Source of the DNA: a virus
Lineage: Duplodnaviria > Caudoviricetes
IMG/VR virus record: IMGVR_UViG_3300049144_000093
Location: 1-44,335 of that record
Length of the DNA stretch: 44,335 bases
Direction: 5' to 3' (one strand)
A program made the translations under genes and the position numbers. How positions within the stretch are numbered: position 1 is the first letter of the stretch; each line of letters starts with the position of its first letter. The notes under the pieces were generated by a model, which was given only the letters and a program-made list of their open reading frames with translations, made no database searches and was not told the origin of the DNA. This document shows positions 26,717-36,342 of this stretch, one piece after another.

Positions 26717-27094
26717 TCACTTCATCCGGTTGATGTACGGGGCGAGCGTCCGCTCGGCGATCGTGACGACCTGCGGCCGGATCCGGTCGGCCGCCCGCTC
26801 GAAGTGCTGGTAGCCGCGGAACCCCGTCGACCGGTTGCGGGGGGTGTCGCCGCGGCCGAGCCAGTCGGCGTAGACGACCCCGGTGTCGGTGACGACCCGG
26901 TCGCCGCCCGCGGCGTCGACCCGCACCCGCGACTCGTAGCGCCCGGTGGGGTGTTTCGCCGACGCCCGCAGGGTCTGGCGCACCAGGTCCCGCATCTGCT
27001 CGGCCACGTCCTGCTCAACCGCCTCGGCGCCGGCACGCAGCTGCTTGGCCGCGGTCCCGTCGAACAGGGGACCGCGGTAGTTGACCGGGGACAT
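26717..27094 (-). CDS. Neck / HK97 gp10-like protein
   Basis: PTGRYESRV...VYADWL...FRGYQHF. Confidence 0.7.
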   Translation of the reverse strand: MSPVNYRGPLFDGTAAKQLRAGAEAVEQDVAEQMRDLVRQTLRASAKHPTGRYESRVRVDAAGGDRVVTDTGVVYADWLGRGDTPRNRSTGFRGYQHFERAADRIRPQVVTIAERTLAPYINRMK

Positions 27095-28128
27095 CAGGAC
27101 CGTCGGCGCCCATACGCGGCCCGCGCCCGCGCCCGCAGGTCCTCGATACCCGCGCCCGCCGCCGGCCGCTCGGCGCCCTCGGACCCGACGGTGCGGCCGT
27201 AGCCGCCGTTCTCCTGCGCCATCCCCACCAGCGACTCGGCGACCCCAAGCTGCCGCACCAAGTCCGGGATCCGGTGGCGGCCGATCATCGCGCCCGCGGT
27301 GTGCTCGGACGCCGCCGTGCCGAGCACACCGCGGCGCACGGTGAGCCGCCGCGGCGCGAACACCGCCGCACCTGGGTTGTGGGCGGCGAGCGTGGATCCG
27401 TCCCAGGCCCGCTTCACGACGAGGGTGTTGGCGGCGATCTCGACGACGAGCATCTTCTCCGCGTCGACCATCACCACCTCGCCCTCGGCGTACGCGGCGC
27501 CGGAGGTGACGAGCAGCAGCTGGTCGGCGTTGCTGTTCGTCAGCGCGCCCTGGGTGGTCTGGCCCGTGTCGAGCATGGACTTGCGGTCGACGAGCATCCG
27601 CTCGGCGCCGATCCGCAGCAGGCTCCCGACGCCGACCGCGCTCGAGTCCGACACGTCCACCGTGTCGGTCGCGTCGTCGACCGTCGTGGCCAGCGTGCCG
27701 GCCGCGTCCTCGTTGGCGTCGAACCCGAACGTGCCCGCGAGCCCGACCGCGTCGCGGGTGGCGACCCCGTCCGGCAGGGTGACCGACGCGTCCAGCCGCA
27801 CCGCCACGTACGGCGGTTCACCGTCCCGCTCGGACTCCAGCTCGTACAGCGACTCGTCGACCGGCACCCCGGCGACGGTCAGCTCGGTCAGCTCGACGAC
27901 GTCGTAGTCCAGGGACACCACCCGCGACCCGTCGACCGGGTCCACGTGGGACGGCCAGTCCGCGTACCGGACGTCGACCTCCGGGTAGAACCGGCGGTTG
28001 AGCATGTCCTCGACCGAGTCCGTCGCCCCGGCGATCACCCGCGCGATCTGCGCGTTGTTCCGCGCCGTCTCCCGGGTGTCGGTCGCCGCCTTGACCTCCT
28101 CCATCGTGGCGCACCAGACGACGGCCAC
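27094..28128 (-). CDS. Head-tail adaptor-like protein with inserted beta domains
   Basis: WCATMEEVK...IARVIAGATDSVEDMLNRRF...PDLVRQL; GTG 28128. Confidence 0.7.
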   Translation of the reverse strand: MAVVWCATMEEVKAATDTRETARNNAQIARVIAGATDSVEDMLNRRFYPEVDVRYADWPSHVDPVDGSRVVSLDYDVVELTELTVAGVPVDESLYELESERDGEPPYVAVRLDASVTLPDGVATRDAVGLAGTFGFDANEDAAGTLATTVDDATDTVDVSDSSAVGVGSLLRIGAERMLVDRKSMLDTGQTTQGALTNSNADQLLLVTSGAAYAEGEVVMVDAEKMLVVEIAANTLVVKRAWDGSTLAAHNPGAAVFAPRRLTVRRGVLGTAASEHTAGAMIGRHRIPDLVRQLGVAESLVGMAQENGGYGRTVGSEGAERPAAGAGIEDLRARARAAYGRRRS

Positions 28129-28493
28129 TACGAGGTCACCTCCTCGGCGGGCAGCTCGACCGGGTCCGGGTAGGGCCACGTTCCGGGGAAGGCGAACTGT
28201 GGCGCCTGGCCGCTCGAGCCGTAGAGCCGGGCGACTTCCTCGTCGGTCAGGTACACGCCGCGCAGGTCGCCATCGAGCGCTTCCTGCTCGGCACCCTCCC
28301 GCTCGAAGTACGCGCGGGCCGCCGCCGCGAGCACGACCGCCTTGACCGTCACCGGGTAGCTGTCCTGCACGCCGATCTCGTCGGTGACGAGCCCCTCGGC
28401 GAGCTCGAGCAGCAACTGGTGGTGGGCCGCAGTCGCGGTGGAGCGGCGGATGGCGTACGCGAACTCGCCCAGGGTCGCGATGCTGGTGCTCAT
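28128..28493 (-). CDS. Head-tail connector (gp6/gp15-like)
   Basis: LLLELAEGLV...VKAVVLAAAARAY...GVYLTDEE. Confidence 0.7.
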   Translation of the reverse strand: MSTSIATLGEFAYAIRRSTATAAHHQLLLELAEGLVTDEIGVQDSYPVTVKAVVLAAAARAYFEREGAEQEALDGDLRGVYLTDEEVARLYGSSGQAPQFAFPGTWPYPDPVELPAEEVTS

Positions 28494-28509
28494 CCGCGTA
28501 CGCCTCCCC

Positions 28510-28911
28510 TCACGCCTGGCCGGCCAGCGCGGTCAGCTGGTCGACCAGCGTCGTGCGCGGCTTCGACGCGGACCGCTCGGCCTCAAGCGCACGCGCGGCG
28601 CGCTCCTGGTCGTCACCGACCCAGGCGAGCACGACCTCCATCGACCCCTGCGGCACGGCGTCCGGGTCGCTGTCCGGCGTCTGCGGCTCGGGATCCTGCG
28701 ACGCGGCCGGTTCCGACACGGAGTCGGTGGCCGACGCGTCGACCTCCTCGACCCAGCCGCGGTCGACGTGGCGCTGCAGGTTGTCCGCGTCGACCTCGGC
28801 GACCGACGAGGGCAGCACCGCGCCCGCGTAGAAGCCGTTGACCGACAACTTGTCGCCCGCTCCCTTGGTCTTGAGCAGGACCATCGGGGCTGTCACACGG
28901 TAGATGGTCAT
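28510..28911 (-). CDS. Hypothetical head-associated protein
   Basis: Directly after the MCP; C-terminal domain paralogous to 25864-26244. Confidence 0.7.
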   Translation of the reverse strand: MTIYRVTAPMVLLKTKGAGDKLSVNGFYAGAVLPSSVAEVDADNLQRHVDRGWVEEVDASATDSVSEPAASQDPEPQTPDSDPDAVPQGSMEVVLAWVGDDQERAARALEAERSASKPRTTLVDQLTALAGQA

Positions 28912-28914
28912 GGG

Positions 28915-29835
28915 TCACAGCCCCGTGTTCGTGATCTCGATGGCCGAGCCCGGCTCCTGCACGACCGGGACCGTCTTGCGGCGGCCCTGCAGGTCCCAGG
29001 CGTCGAGGTCGTCCTTGCGGATCGACTTCACCTGGACGCCGAGGTCGGACACCGAGTAGCCCGGCGCGCCGTCGACCTCGTCGGCCATGCCGCCGAGCTG
29101 GGTGGAGTCGAGCACCATCGGGTTGGTGATCGACGGCGACCGCACGATGATCAGCCCGGCGAGCCGCTCGATCTCCCCGGTGTAGACCGGGTTGTCGGTG
29201 GTCTCCCGCGACCGCAGCCCGGCGATCTTCTCGTCGGACATCACGTAGGCGTACTGGGTGTCGTTGAGCGCCAGGGTGTCGGGGTTGTAGCCCTGGTTGA
29301 GGGCGACGATCGCCGCCTTCGCGCGCAGGATGTCCCGCACGATCGTCGGCGCCGCCGCCGTCCACGCCGCGCCGCCACCGGAGGTGACGTCGAAGGTGGC
29401 GGTGACCGCCGAGTAGATCGCCGACATGGTGATGGCGTCGACCTGCGAGATGATCGAGTTGACCACCTTGCGCAGCGCCCGGTCGACCGCCGACCCGCCG
29501 AACGCGTTGCGGGCGATCTCGTCGTCGGTCAGCTTGACCTTCTGGCCCCACTTGGCGATCGCGGCCAGCGCGGCCGTGCCGACCGGCAGGTTCGCGTACG
29601 GGTACTCCGACCCGGACGCGACGGCCTCGACCGTGCGGTCGGTCACCGACGGCTCGGACTGCTCGTAGAGCACCGCGCCGCCCTGGCTGTTGAACCGCTG
29701 CGTGAGCAGCTGGTCGCTGATGAACCGCAGGTCCTGGAACGTGCGCAGCCGACGCTGGATCGCGGCGGGCGACTGCAGGAACCGGCTGATCGACAGGGTG
29801 TCGCCCGACAGGGTGGGCGGGTTCGCGAGTGGCAT
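28915..29835 (-). CDS. Major capsid protein
   Basis: 306 aa after protease and decoration genes; VASGSEYP...KWGQKVKLTDDEI. Confidence 0.85.
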   Translation of the reverse strand: MPLANPPTLSGDTLSISRFLQSPAAIQRRLRTFQDLRFISDQLLTQRFNSQGGAVLYEQSEPSVTDRTVEAVASGSEYPYANLPVGTAALAAIAKWGQKVKLTDDEIARNAFGGSAVDRALRKVVNSIISQVDAITMSAIYSAVTATFDVTSGGGAAWTAAAPTIVRDILRAKAAIVALNQGYNPDTLALNDTQYAYVMSDEKIAGLRSRETTDNPVYTGEIERLAGLIIVRSPSITNPMVLDSTQLGGMADEVDGAPGYSVSDLGVQVKSIRKDDLDAWDLQGRRKTVPVVQEPGSAIEITNTGL

Positions 29836-29857
29836 GATCCCTTACTCCTCTCGGGTG

Positions 29858-30250
29858 TTAGCGGCGTCCCTGGACGCGCAGCTTCAGCGGCGAGCCCGCC
29901 GCGGTGGTGATGGCCGTGCCGATCAGGGTGCCCGCGGCGGAACCGGCGGCGATCGACGTGGTGACCGGGTCGGCCTGGCCGTTGGCCGCGGTCTGCACGC
30001 CGCCGCCGGCGGCGATCGCGCCCGCGGCCTCGATCTCGTGAATGACGCCCTCCAGCGGCCAGATGGACACCCGGCCGCCCGAGGGCGCGTCGTGCGCGGC
30101 CACGCCGACCGCGACCGTGGACGCCGCGCCCGCGTGGGCGACGGTGTTGTTGCCCGACGAGGCGAGTACCCGGCCGCCGGTCACGGCACCCGAGGTGGTC
30201 ATGGTGAACGGCTTGGCGCCGCCGGTGTAGACGGGCTGGTAGTCGGCCAT
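29858..30250 (-). CDS. Capsid cement/decoration protein (DUF2190-like)
   Basis: Gly/Ala-rich; VGVAAHDA...AAGAIAAG...AANGQA. Confidence 0.75.
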   Translation of the reverse strand: MADYQPVYTGGAKPFTMTTSGAVTGGRVLASSGNNTVAHAGAASTVAVGVAAHDAPSGGRVSIWPLEGVIHEIEAAGAIAAGGGVQTAANGQADPVTTSIAAGSAAGTLIGTAITTAAGSPLKLRVQGRR

Positions 30251-30253
30251 GGG

Positions 30254-31807
30254 TCAGGCCCCCTTCTTCTTGCCGCCCGGCACCGGCGGGAACAGGTGCG
30301 CGTACTCGTCGTCGATGGACGCGTCGGTGTCGTCGGCGTGGCCGAGCGCGCTGACGGGGATGACGTTCTTCTGCAGGCCCGCGATGACCTGCCGGGTGCC
30401 CTCCGGGTCGGCGTCCCACAGCCGCACCCAGTGCTCCTTGCGGGCGGGCGCGAACTTGCCGTCCCGCACGGCGGACGCGATGACGGTGTCCCGCTCCTCG
30501 CGGGCCCGCTTGGCCGCGTCCGCCTCCAGGCGCCTGATCGCCGCCTGCTGCGCCTCCCACGCCGAGGCGTCGATGATCATCGTGCCCGCGACCCGCGGCG
30601 GCGTGCCGGCCGCGGCGGCGACCGGCTCGGCCGCCGGAGCGGGCGGCGCGGCCGGGGTGCCCGCGTCGGCGGGCGGGGTGGTGGAACCCGAGGACAGCGC
30701 GGCCTGCATCGCGGCGGTCACGTCCTCGTCGGAAGCGTCCGGAGCCAGGCCGAGACCCTCCCTGAGCTTTGCCGGGTCCATGCCGGCTCCTTCCGTGGTT
30801 GGTGCAGCCCCCGCCGCGGATGCCGCGGGGGACGTCTTGTTCGCCGGGTTGGCCACCGTGGCGGCGGCCACCTGCGCGATGCCCTGCTTCACGGTCGGCG
30901 CGGGCCGCGACTCGGTGCGCGACGCGTACCGGATCGGCCGGCGGGTCGCCGACACCGCCGCGGCCGCGGCGGCGACCGGCGCGTCGTCGTACCGGATGAC
31001 CACCGGGATCGGGTCGCCGAAGGACACCGCGTCCGTGCCGTCGCCCTCGCCGACGGTCACCGGCACCCGGGACCGGACCGCCTTGTCGTCGTCCATGACG
31101 ATCAGCTGCAGCGGGTCGAGCTGAATCTCCTCGATCCACATCGACCAGCCGTCGCCCATCGGTGACGCGTAGAACGCCCGCCGGACGTCCTCGGTCGTCA
31201 CCGACGCGGCGACCGTCGCGGGCCTCGGGTTCGGCATGACGCCTCCCTGTCTCGAAACGGTGAAGGTGATCAGCTCGCCCGACGGTTCGTCTGAGCCGTC
31301 CGGGGCGGCCGCGGCCACGCCGTAGAGGTCGGCGAGGTCCTGAAGGGACTGGATCGTGCCGATCGCCGGGCGCTCCTCCCCGAGCAGCGCCACAGCGGTG
31401 ATCACGAACGGGTGCGTGTGGCCGAGCTGGCAGCGGAAGTCGTACTGGCCCTCGATCGACCGGTCCGGGTAGGCCGAGGTCAGCACCGAGTCGCCGTTCT
31501 CGTCCTCGTCGACCAGCCACCCCGGCAACCCGACGTAGTCGCCGACGAGCGTGCGGCCGTCCTCGGCGGTCGCCAGGTTCGCGATGAACCCCACCGCGGG
31601 CTGCCCGGGCGCCGGATCTGGGGTGTGGCCGAGCTTGAGGATCGGGCGCCGCACCGCCGGGCAGTCCAGCGCCCCCACCGCGGCCGCGAGGTCCTCGACG
31701 GTGGCGGTGAACTCGCCGGTCGAGGCGTTCCACGTGCCGGTGTGCATCAGCTCGACGTTCACCACGCGGCCCATCGGCGGCGCCGCGGGCACCTCGACGT
31801 CAGGCAT
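30254..31807 (-). CDS. Mu-like prohead protease with scaffolding region
   Basis: VELMHTGTW...LKLGH...AVGFI...YPDRSIE...ITAVALLG..PAI; C-terminal helical scaffold. Confidence 0.85.
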   Translation of the reverse strand: MPDVEVPAAPPMGRVVNVELMHTGTWNASTGEFTATVEDLAAAVGALDCPAVRRPILKLGHTPDPAPGQPAVGFIANLATAEDGRTLVGDYVGLPGWLVDEDENGDSVLTSAYPDRSIEGQYDFRCQLGHTHPFVITAVALLGEERPAIGTIQSLQDLADLYGVAAAAPDGSDEPSGELITFTVSRQGGVMPNPRPATVAASVTTEDVRRAFYASPMGDGWSMWIEEIQLDPLQLIVMDDDKAVRSRVPVTVGEGDGTDAVSFGDPIPVVIRYDDAPVAAAAAAVSATRRPIRYASRTESRPAPTVKQGIAQVAAATVANPANKTSPAASAAGAAPTTEGAGMDPAKLREGLGLAPDASDEDVTAAMQAALSSGSTTPPADAGTPAAPPAPAAEPVAAAAGTPPRVAGTMIIDASAWEAQQAAIRRLEADAAKRAREERDTVIASAVRDGKFAPARKEHWVRLWDADPEGTRQVIAGLQKNVIPVSALGHADDTDASIDDEYAHLFPPVPGGKKKGA

Positions 31808-33221
31808 CGTCGCCGCCTTCCGGCTCGGGAGACACCGGCTCGCCCGGCGGGTCGGCCGGCGGGTCGGCCTCGGCCGGCAGGTCCTCGAGGTTCGCGCCCG
31901 CCCGGTTCAAGATCCCCCGCGCTTCCGGCTTAGTGATCACCGGACCGACCGCGAGGTAGATCTTCTGCAGCATCTCGGTGAGCTCCCGCGCGTCCGCGGC
32001 CCGCTCGCCCTTGGGCTGTGACGGCGGCAGCCCGTAGGCGTTGCGCAGGTGCTGCTCGACCCCGTCGTCCGGCGACAGCGCGCCCGCGTCGATCAGCATC
32101 TTGATCGCCTCTGCCGTGGCCGGGTGCCGGGAGCCGATCTCGTCGAACGTGATCTTGGGGGCCGGTTCGTCCTCGCCCCAGTTCAGGTCGACCAGGTCCT
32201 CGACGATGTGCTGGGTCGCGACGTCAGCGACCTCCTGAGCGACGCTCTGCAGGCTGAGGGTGAAGAAGTCCGCGAACGTCGAGCCCAAGGCCCAGCTACC
32301 GGTCTGGGTGCCGAGGTTGAGGAAGTGCGCGAGCACCGCGCGGGCGATCTGCTCGTCGTGGTAGCGGATCGGCTTGTCCGCGTCCGGCAGGTCGCCGTCC
32401 ACGCCCCGCAGGATCAGGTCCGCCTCGTTCGGCACCGCGGCGCCGGCCGCGTCCCCGGCCCGCCACGCCTTGGCCATGGCCAGCCCCTTGCTCAGGTCCG
32501 CCTCACCCGGCGCCCCCCGATACAGCGGGACACCCAGCCCGTTGCGCTCCACGGTCTGCGCCTGCACCCGCAGCAGCCGGTCCTTCAGCAGCCAGTTCTT
32601 GTAGCAGGACCGCAGCATCGACTGGCCCAGCCAGTTCCCGCCCTCCATCTCGTTGACGTAGGCGACCAGCCGGTCCACCGGGATCGGCACCGGCTTGCTC
32701 CGGCCGTCCCGCCCCGTCCACTGCTCGATCGAGATCAGCCCACCGTCGCTGTCCACGTTCACCGCGTGGATCGTGCGAGACGGCCGCTGCGACAGCTTCC
32801 GCAGCCGGGCCCGGCCCGCGTCGTCCACCCGGTACACCTGCTCGAAGAAGCTGTGCCCCATCGGCAGCATCAGCAGCGCCAACCGCAGGTGCCGCAGCCA
32901 CGAGAACCGGTCCCGCGACCGCACCGGCGGCGCCGACTCCGCACCCACCAGCGGCAAGCCCAGATCCTCGGCGATCAGCTGCGCCACCTCCGGCCGCGCA
33001 CCGTTCGGATCCACCCGCCACGTGGTGCGCCGCACCGGCAACGTCACCGCCCGCAGCACCGACACCACCTGCGCGTCCTGCCGCCGCATCCGGTCATAGA
33101 CCTCGATCGACAGCGGCCACCGCAGCTCAGGCGTCGACTCGAGCTCCAGGTGGTTCCACCAGGACGCGCCCTCGACCACGTACCCGACTTCGCTCACCGG
33201 AACTGCTGGACTATCGGGCAC
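31800..33221 (-). CDS. Portal protein (DUF935 / Mu gp29-like)
   Basis: YDRMRRQDAQV...GHSFFEQVY...GNWLGQSMLR...ERNGLGVP...IARAVL...GSWALG. Confidence 0.9.
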   Translation of the reverse strand: MPDSPAVPVSEVGYVVEGASWWNHLELESTPELRWPLSIEVYDRMRRQDAQVVSVLRAVTLPVRRTTWRVDPNGARPEVAQLIAEDLGLPLVGAESAPPVRSRDRFSWLRHLRLALLMLPMGHSFFEQVYRVDDAGRARLRKLSQRPSRTIHAVNVDSDGGLISIEQWTGRDGRSKPVPIPVDRLVAYVNEMEGGNWLGQSMLRSCYKNWLLKDRLLRVQAQTVERNGLGVPLYRGAPGEADLSKGLAMAKAWRAGDAAGAAVPNEADLILRGVDGDLPDADKPIRYHDEQIARAVLAHFLNLGTQTGSWALGSTFADFFTLSLQSVAQEVADVATQHIVEDLVDLNWGEDEPAPKITFDEIGSRHPATAEAIKMLIDAGALSPDDGVEQHLRNAYGLPPSQPKGERAADARELTEMLQKIYLAVGPVITKPEARGILNRAGANLEDLPAEADPPADPPGEPVSPEPEGGDDA

Positions 33222-33239
33222 GGCCTACCTCCTCCATCG

Positions 33240-35006
33240 TCAGAACCCGGCCTCCATCAGGCCGCCACCCTCGGCCGGACGCGGCTCCAGTTCGACCAGC
33301 GGCGGGGCCGGCGGCGGCTTCTCCTCGACCAGCGCGCCGACTCGGGCCAGGTGCGCGAACCGGGCGGACGTCATGGCGCCGACAGGGCTGATCTCGATTT
33401 CCTCGGTCTTGTCCGACCGCACCCACACCAGCGCGTCACCCGAGCGCCGGGTCTTCGCACCCTCAACGGCCGCGTCGAGGATCTCCGGGTACTCCGGGTG
33501 CGGCTTCACCCGGATGCCTCGCTCGTCGACGGCCACGATGATCTGGCCGCAGGCCGCGGCCGCGTCCGGGCCGCCCGTCACCAACAGGTCACCGCGACGG
33601 GGCCGGGTCTTCTCCGGGTCCTTCTCGTCGTCGTGCTTGCGGTCCTCCGGCCGGATCATCCCCGCGTTCTTCAGGTCCACCCTCAGCACGCCGAACGTCA
33701 TCGCGTTCATGCCGATCGCGATCGGGTCCTTCTCCCGCTTCAACTCCTTCAGGCGAGCCGCCACCCACGCGATACCCGCCCTGCGGTCGACCAGCTCCAC
33801 GTGCCCCAGGTCGTCCTCGCGGACGCCGTACAGCACGATCGCCGCGGCGTCCAGTTCGGACGACACCTCCACACCGAACGAGCACCCAATCGAGCGCACC
33901 CACGCCGACGAGCCGTCCTGCAGAGCCTCCCAGCGGTCCGGGTCGATCCGACCGCCAGCGACCAGGCGCGGCACCGGCCAGATACACAGCCGCTCCCGAG
34001 CGAACCCCCTCGGGGTCATCTTCCGGCGCTCGCGTGCCACGGTGCGCGGCTTGATGCGGATGTCGTAGGCCGGGTTCGCCGCGCGCACGTTCCGCACGTC
34101 CCGCAAGTCGATCTTCCCGAGATGGTCGAGGTCGCCCTCCACGCCCCAGATCCGCGCTCCCAGCGCCTCCGGCTCGTCGTCCTCGACCTCGACATCCAGG
34201 GGCTCGCCGTTCAGCATGGCCAGCGCCCGGTCTCGGAGCCGGAACAGCACCTCTCCACTGTCGCCGTCGATCGGCGGCGAACTGGTGAAGATCATCTGCG
34301 GATTCGGGCGGGCGCTCTGCGCGAACGCCAACGCCTCGTTCTCCGCGTCGGTGAAGAACATGGCCTCGTCGACCACGATCACGTCCGGCGACAACCCTCG
34401 ACCAGACTGCTCCGACCTGGTGATGACCTTGATCCGCTGGCGCGTGTCCAGCCTGATGAACGCTTCCTTGCCGTTCGTGTAGTTGACCTTGATCGGGATG
34501 ACGTGACCCTTGCCCTGGTCAAACCGGCAGCGCCCCGGCCGACACTTCGGCGGGCAGGGAACCGGCCCGATCATGATCAGGTTCTTGCCGACACTCCAGC
34601 CGAGGTTGCGCAGCAGGTCCTCGGTCCGCAGGAACCCCTCCAGCGCGGTGTCCCGCAACTGGGCAGACCACAGGATCAGGCGCTCGGCCCACTTCAGGAA
34701 GCCCGCCAACACCCGGGCCTCGAGGATGACCCCCTTGCCGTTCTGACGGGCCACCAACTCGAGGTACTCGGGACACGCCCACGTGCCGTCGGCCGCGACC
34801 GCGCAGAGGATCTCCTCGGAGTCCCGCTGCCACGGGTCCATCGACGTGCCCGCGGCCAGCTCCCACAGGTCGATCGCGTCCTGAGCCCTGCTGTAGGCGT
34901 ACGCCGGATAGACCTCGATCCGCGGCCGCGGATCACCGACCGAGGATGCCCGAGATGTTCGTGACGTTCCCAGCCCGCTTCGGCCCGGACTCATCGTCGT
35001 CGTCAT
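33240..35006 (-). CDS. terL: Terminase large subunit
   Basis: DPWQ; Walker A VARQNGKG; GRGLSPDVIVVDEA; FTSS; ANP; FARERL; GGAGG RBS before ATG 35006. Confidence 0.93.
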   Translation of the reverse strand: MTTTMSPGRSGLGTSRTSRASSVGDPRPRIEVYPAYAYSRAQDAIDLWELAAGTSMDPWQRDSEEILCAVAADGTWACPEYLELVARQNGKGVILEARVLAGFLKWAERLILWSAQLRDTALEGFLRTEDLLRNLGWSVGKNLIMIGPVPCPPKCRPGRCRFDQGKGHVIPIKVNYTNGKEAFIRLDTRQRIKVITRSEQSGRGLSPDVIVVDEAMFFTDAENEALAFAQSARPNPQMIFTSSPPIDGDSGEVLFRLRDRALAMLNGEPLDVEVEDDEPEALGARIWGVEGDLDHLGKIDLRDVRNVRAANPAYDIRIKPRTVARERRKMTPRGFARERLCIWPVPRLVAGGRIDPDRWEALQDGSSAWVRSIGCSFGVEVSSELDAAAIVLYGVREDDLGHVELVDRRAGIAWVAARLKELKREKDPIAIGMNAMTFGVLRVDLKNAGMIRPEDRKHDDEKDPEKTRPRRGDLLVTGGPDAAAACGQIIVAVDERGIRVKPHPEYPEILDAAVEGAKTRRSGDALVWVRSDKTEEIEISPVGAMTSARFAHLARVGALVEEKPPPAPPLVELEPRPAEGGGLMEAGF

Positions 35007-35622
35007 CGGCGACCTCCTGCGGCATCCCCGTCGGCACCGTCGCTGGCGCCGTACCTGGCGTGGCAGCGACCGGACGGGTCGCGTTCCGCAGCTCCGCGAT
35101 GAGCAGCTTCAGGACGTTCTCGTGCTGACGGGTCTCGCCGAGCGCCCTGTCGACCTTCACCCGCACCTCAACGACCCCGTCGTCACCCAGGCGCTGGACC
35201 ACACCCTCCAGCCAGTCCCCGCCCTCCAGCAGCGAGTCCAGACGCGCCAGCCGGTCGGCCATCCGGCACGCCCGCTCCAGCACCAGCACGTGCGTCGGCC
35301 CCAACTTCAGGGCAGCCATCTCGTCCCACAGTCGCTGGCCGCGGACCCCCAAACTCGCAGGTACCGGCCACTGTGACACCGATTTTTTGAGGGCGGGCGT
35401 GACGTCACGCGTCACGCCCCCACCCGCGTCACCGTCCACGTCTTCCAGCTCGTCACCGGCAGGCTCCGTCACCTCCGGCGCGACTGCGGCCGCCGCCTCG
35501 CACTGACCGGGTCGGCACAGCGAGTGGTCGCCCTCACGGTGCGCGTCGGCCCGCGCCTTCAACCGCTCCCTGTACTTCGCCTGCCGACGACGAGCGGCCT
35601 CCTTGCGCTCCTCCTCGGTCAT
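34933..35622 (-). CDS. terS: Terminase small subunit
   Basis: LGVRGQRLWDEM...VLERACRMADRLARL...ALGETRQ; directly upstream of and overlapping terL. Confidence 0.8.
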   Translation of the reverse strand: MTEEERKEAARRRQAKYRERLKARADAHREGDHSLCRPGQCEAAAAVAPEVTEPAGDELEDVDGDAGGGVTRDVTPALKKSVSQWPVPASLGVRGQRLWDEMAALKLGPTHVLVLERACRMADRLARLDSLLEGGDWLEGVVQRLGDDGVVEVRVKVDRALGETRQHENVLKLLIAELRNATRPVAATPGTAPATVPTGMPQEVADDDDDESGPKRAGNVTNISGILGR

Positions 35623-35786
35623 CGCCGACGCACCGGGTAGCCGTAGCGGTCGGTGGCCGGGCCGTGATCACTCCGACCGCGGCACGCCGAGTAGTGGTGC
35701 CGGTCGAGCAACCGACAGCCAAGTCGGCCCGCCCAGACAATCAGCCGCTCGGCCACTGGTCCCCGCGCGTGCCGCAACATCGCAGT

Positions 35787-36053
35787 TCAGGCCCTGGGCG
35801 GCCAGTGCCAGTGACCCTGCTCGTCGCCCTCCGACCGGGACGTGGCCCAGTAGGTGTCGGTGCCGTCCAGCAGGACCTGCAGGTTCGCCGAGCTGTTGCC
35901 CCAGGCCGCGACGACGATGGCCGCGCAGTCCTGGCCGGCCTCCACCCGATTCCCCGAGTTCCGGTCGGCGTCGCGACGAGCGTTGATCTTCGCGGCATCG
36001 GCCTCGCTCAGGGTGTAGAGGACCATCCGACAGAGGGTCGGCAGAGCGCTCAT
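35787..36053 (-). CDS. Hypothetical phage protein
   Basis: PTLCRMVLYTL...AAIVV...NLQVLLDG...W.WP; GAGGTG RBS. Confidence 0.75.
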   Translation of the reverse strand: MSALPTLCRMVLYTLSEADAAKINARRDADRNSGNRVEAGQDCAAIVVAAWGNSSANLQVLLDGTDTYWATSRSEGDEQGHWHWPPRA

Positions 36054-36059
36054 GATCGC

Positions 36060-36340
36060 CACCTCACAATTTCTCGTAACAATTTCTCCGGAAAATCGTT
36101 ATCAGAATTCCCGTTACAAATCGAAGAATTCACAATTTGTCGTGACGCAAAAAACCGGAAACTGTACGGTTTGTCGCCCAAGATCAAAAACGACAGCGAA
36201 CACATTTCGTCCGCGTCACGGGGGGAGGGGCCAGCCCTGACAGCTGTCAGGGCAGAGGTTCGCCCCTCCGGATTTTTTGATCATGAGCAAGTCGTACAGT
36301 TTGCGCTTCGGCGCGAGGTAACAGACCGATCGGTCGGTTT
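36060..36340. other. AT-rich candidate packaging (cos/pac) region
   Basis: Non-coding, A/T tracts, ACAATTT repeats, perfect 20-bp palindrome at 36234-36253; lies between the HNH and terS genes. Confidence 0.6.
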
Positions 36341-36342
36341 GT

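Noticed and set aside
32049-34964. Very long plus-strand ORFs (971 aa here; also 18180-21689, 40116-42515, 324-1769)
   Set aside because: Antisense shadows of real minus-strand genes in high-GC DNA; Arg/Pro/Gly-rich with no motifs
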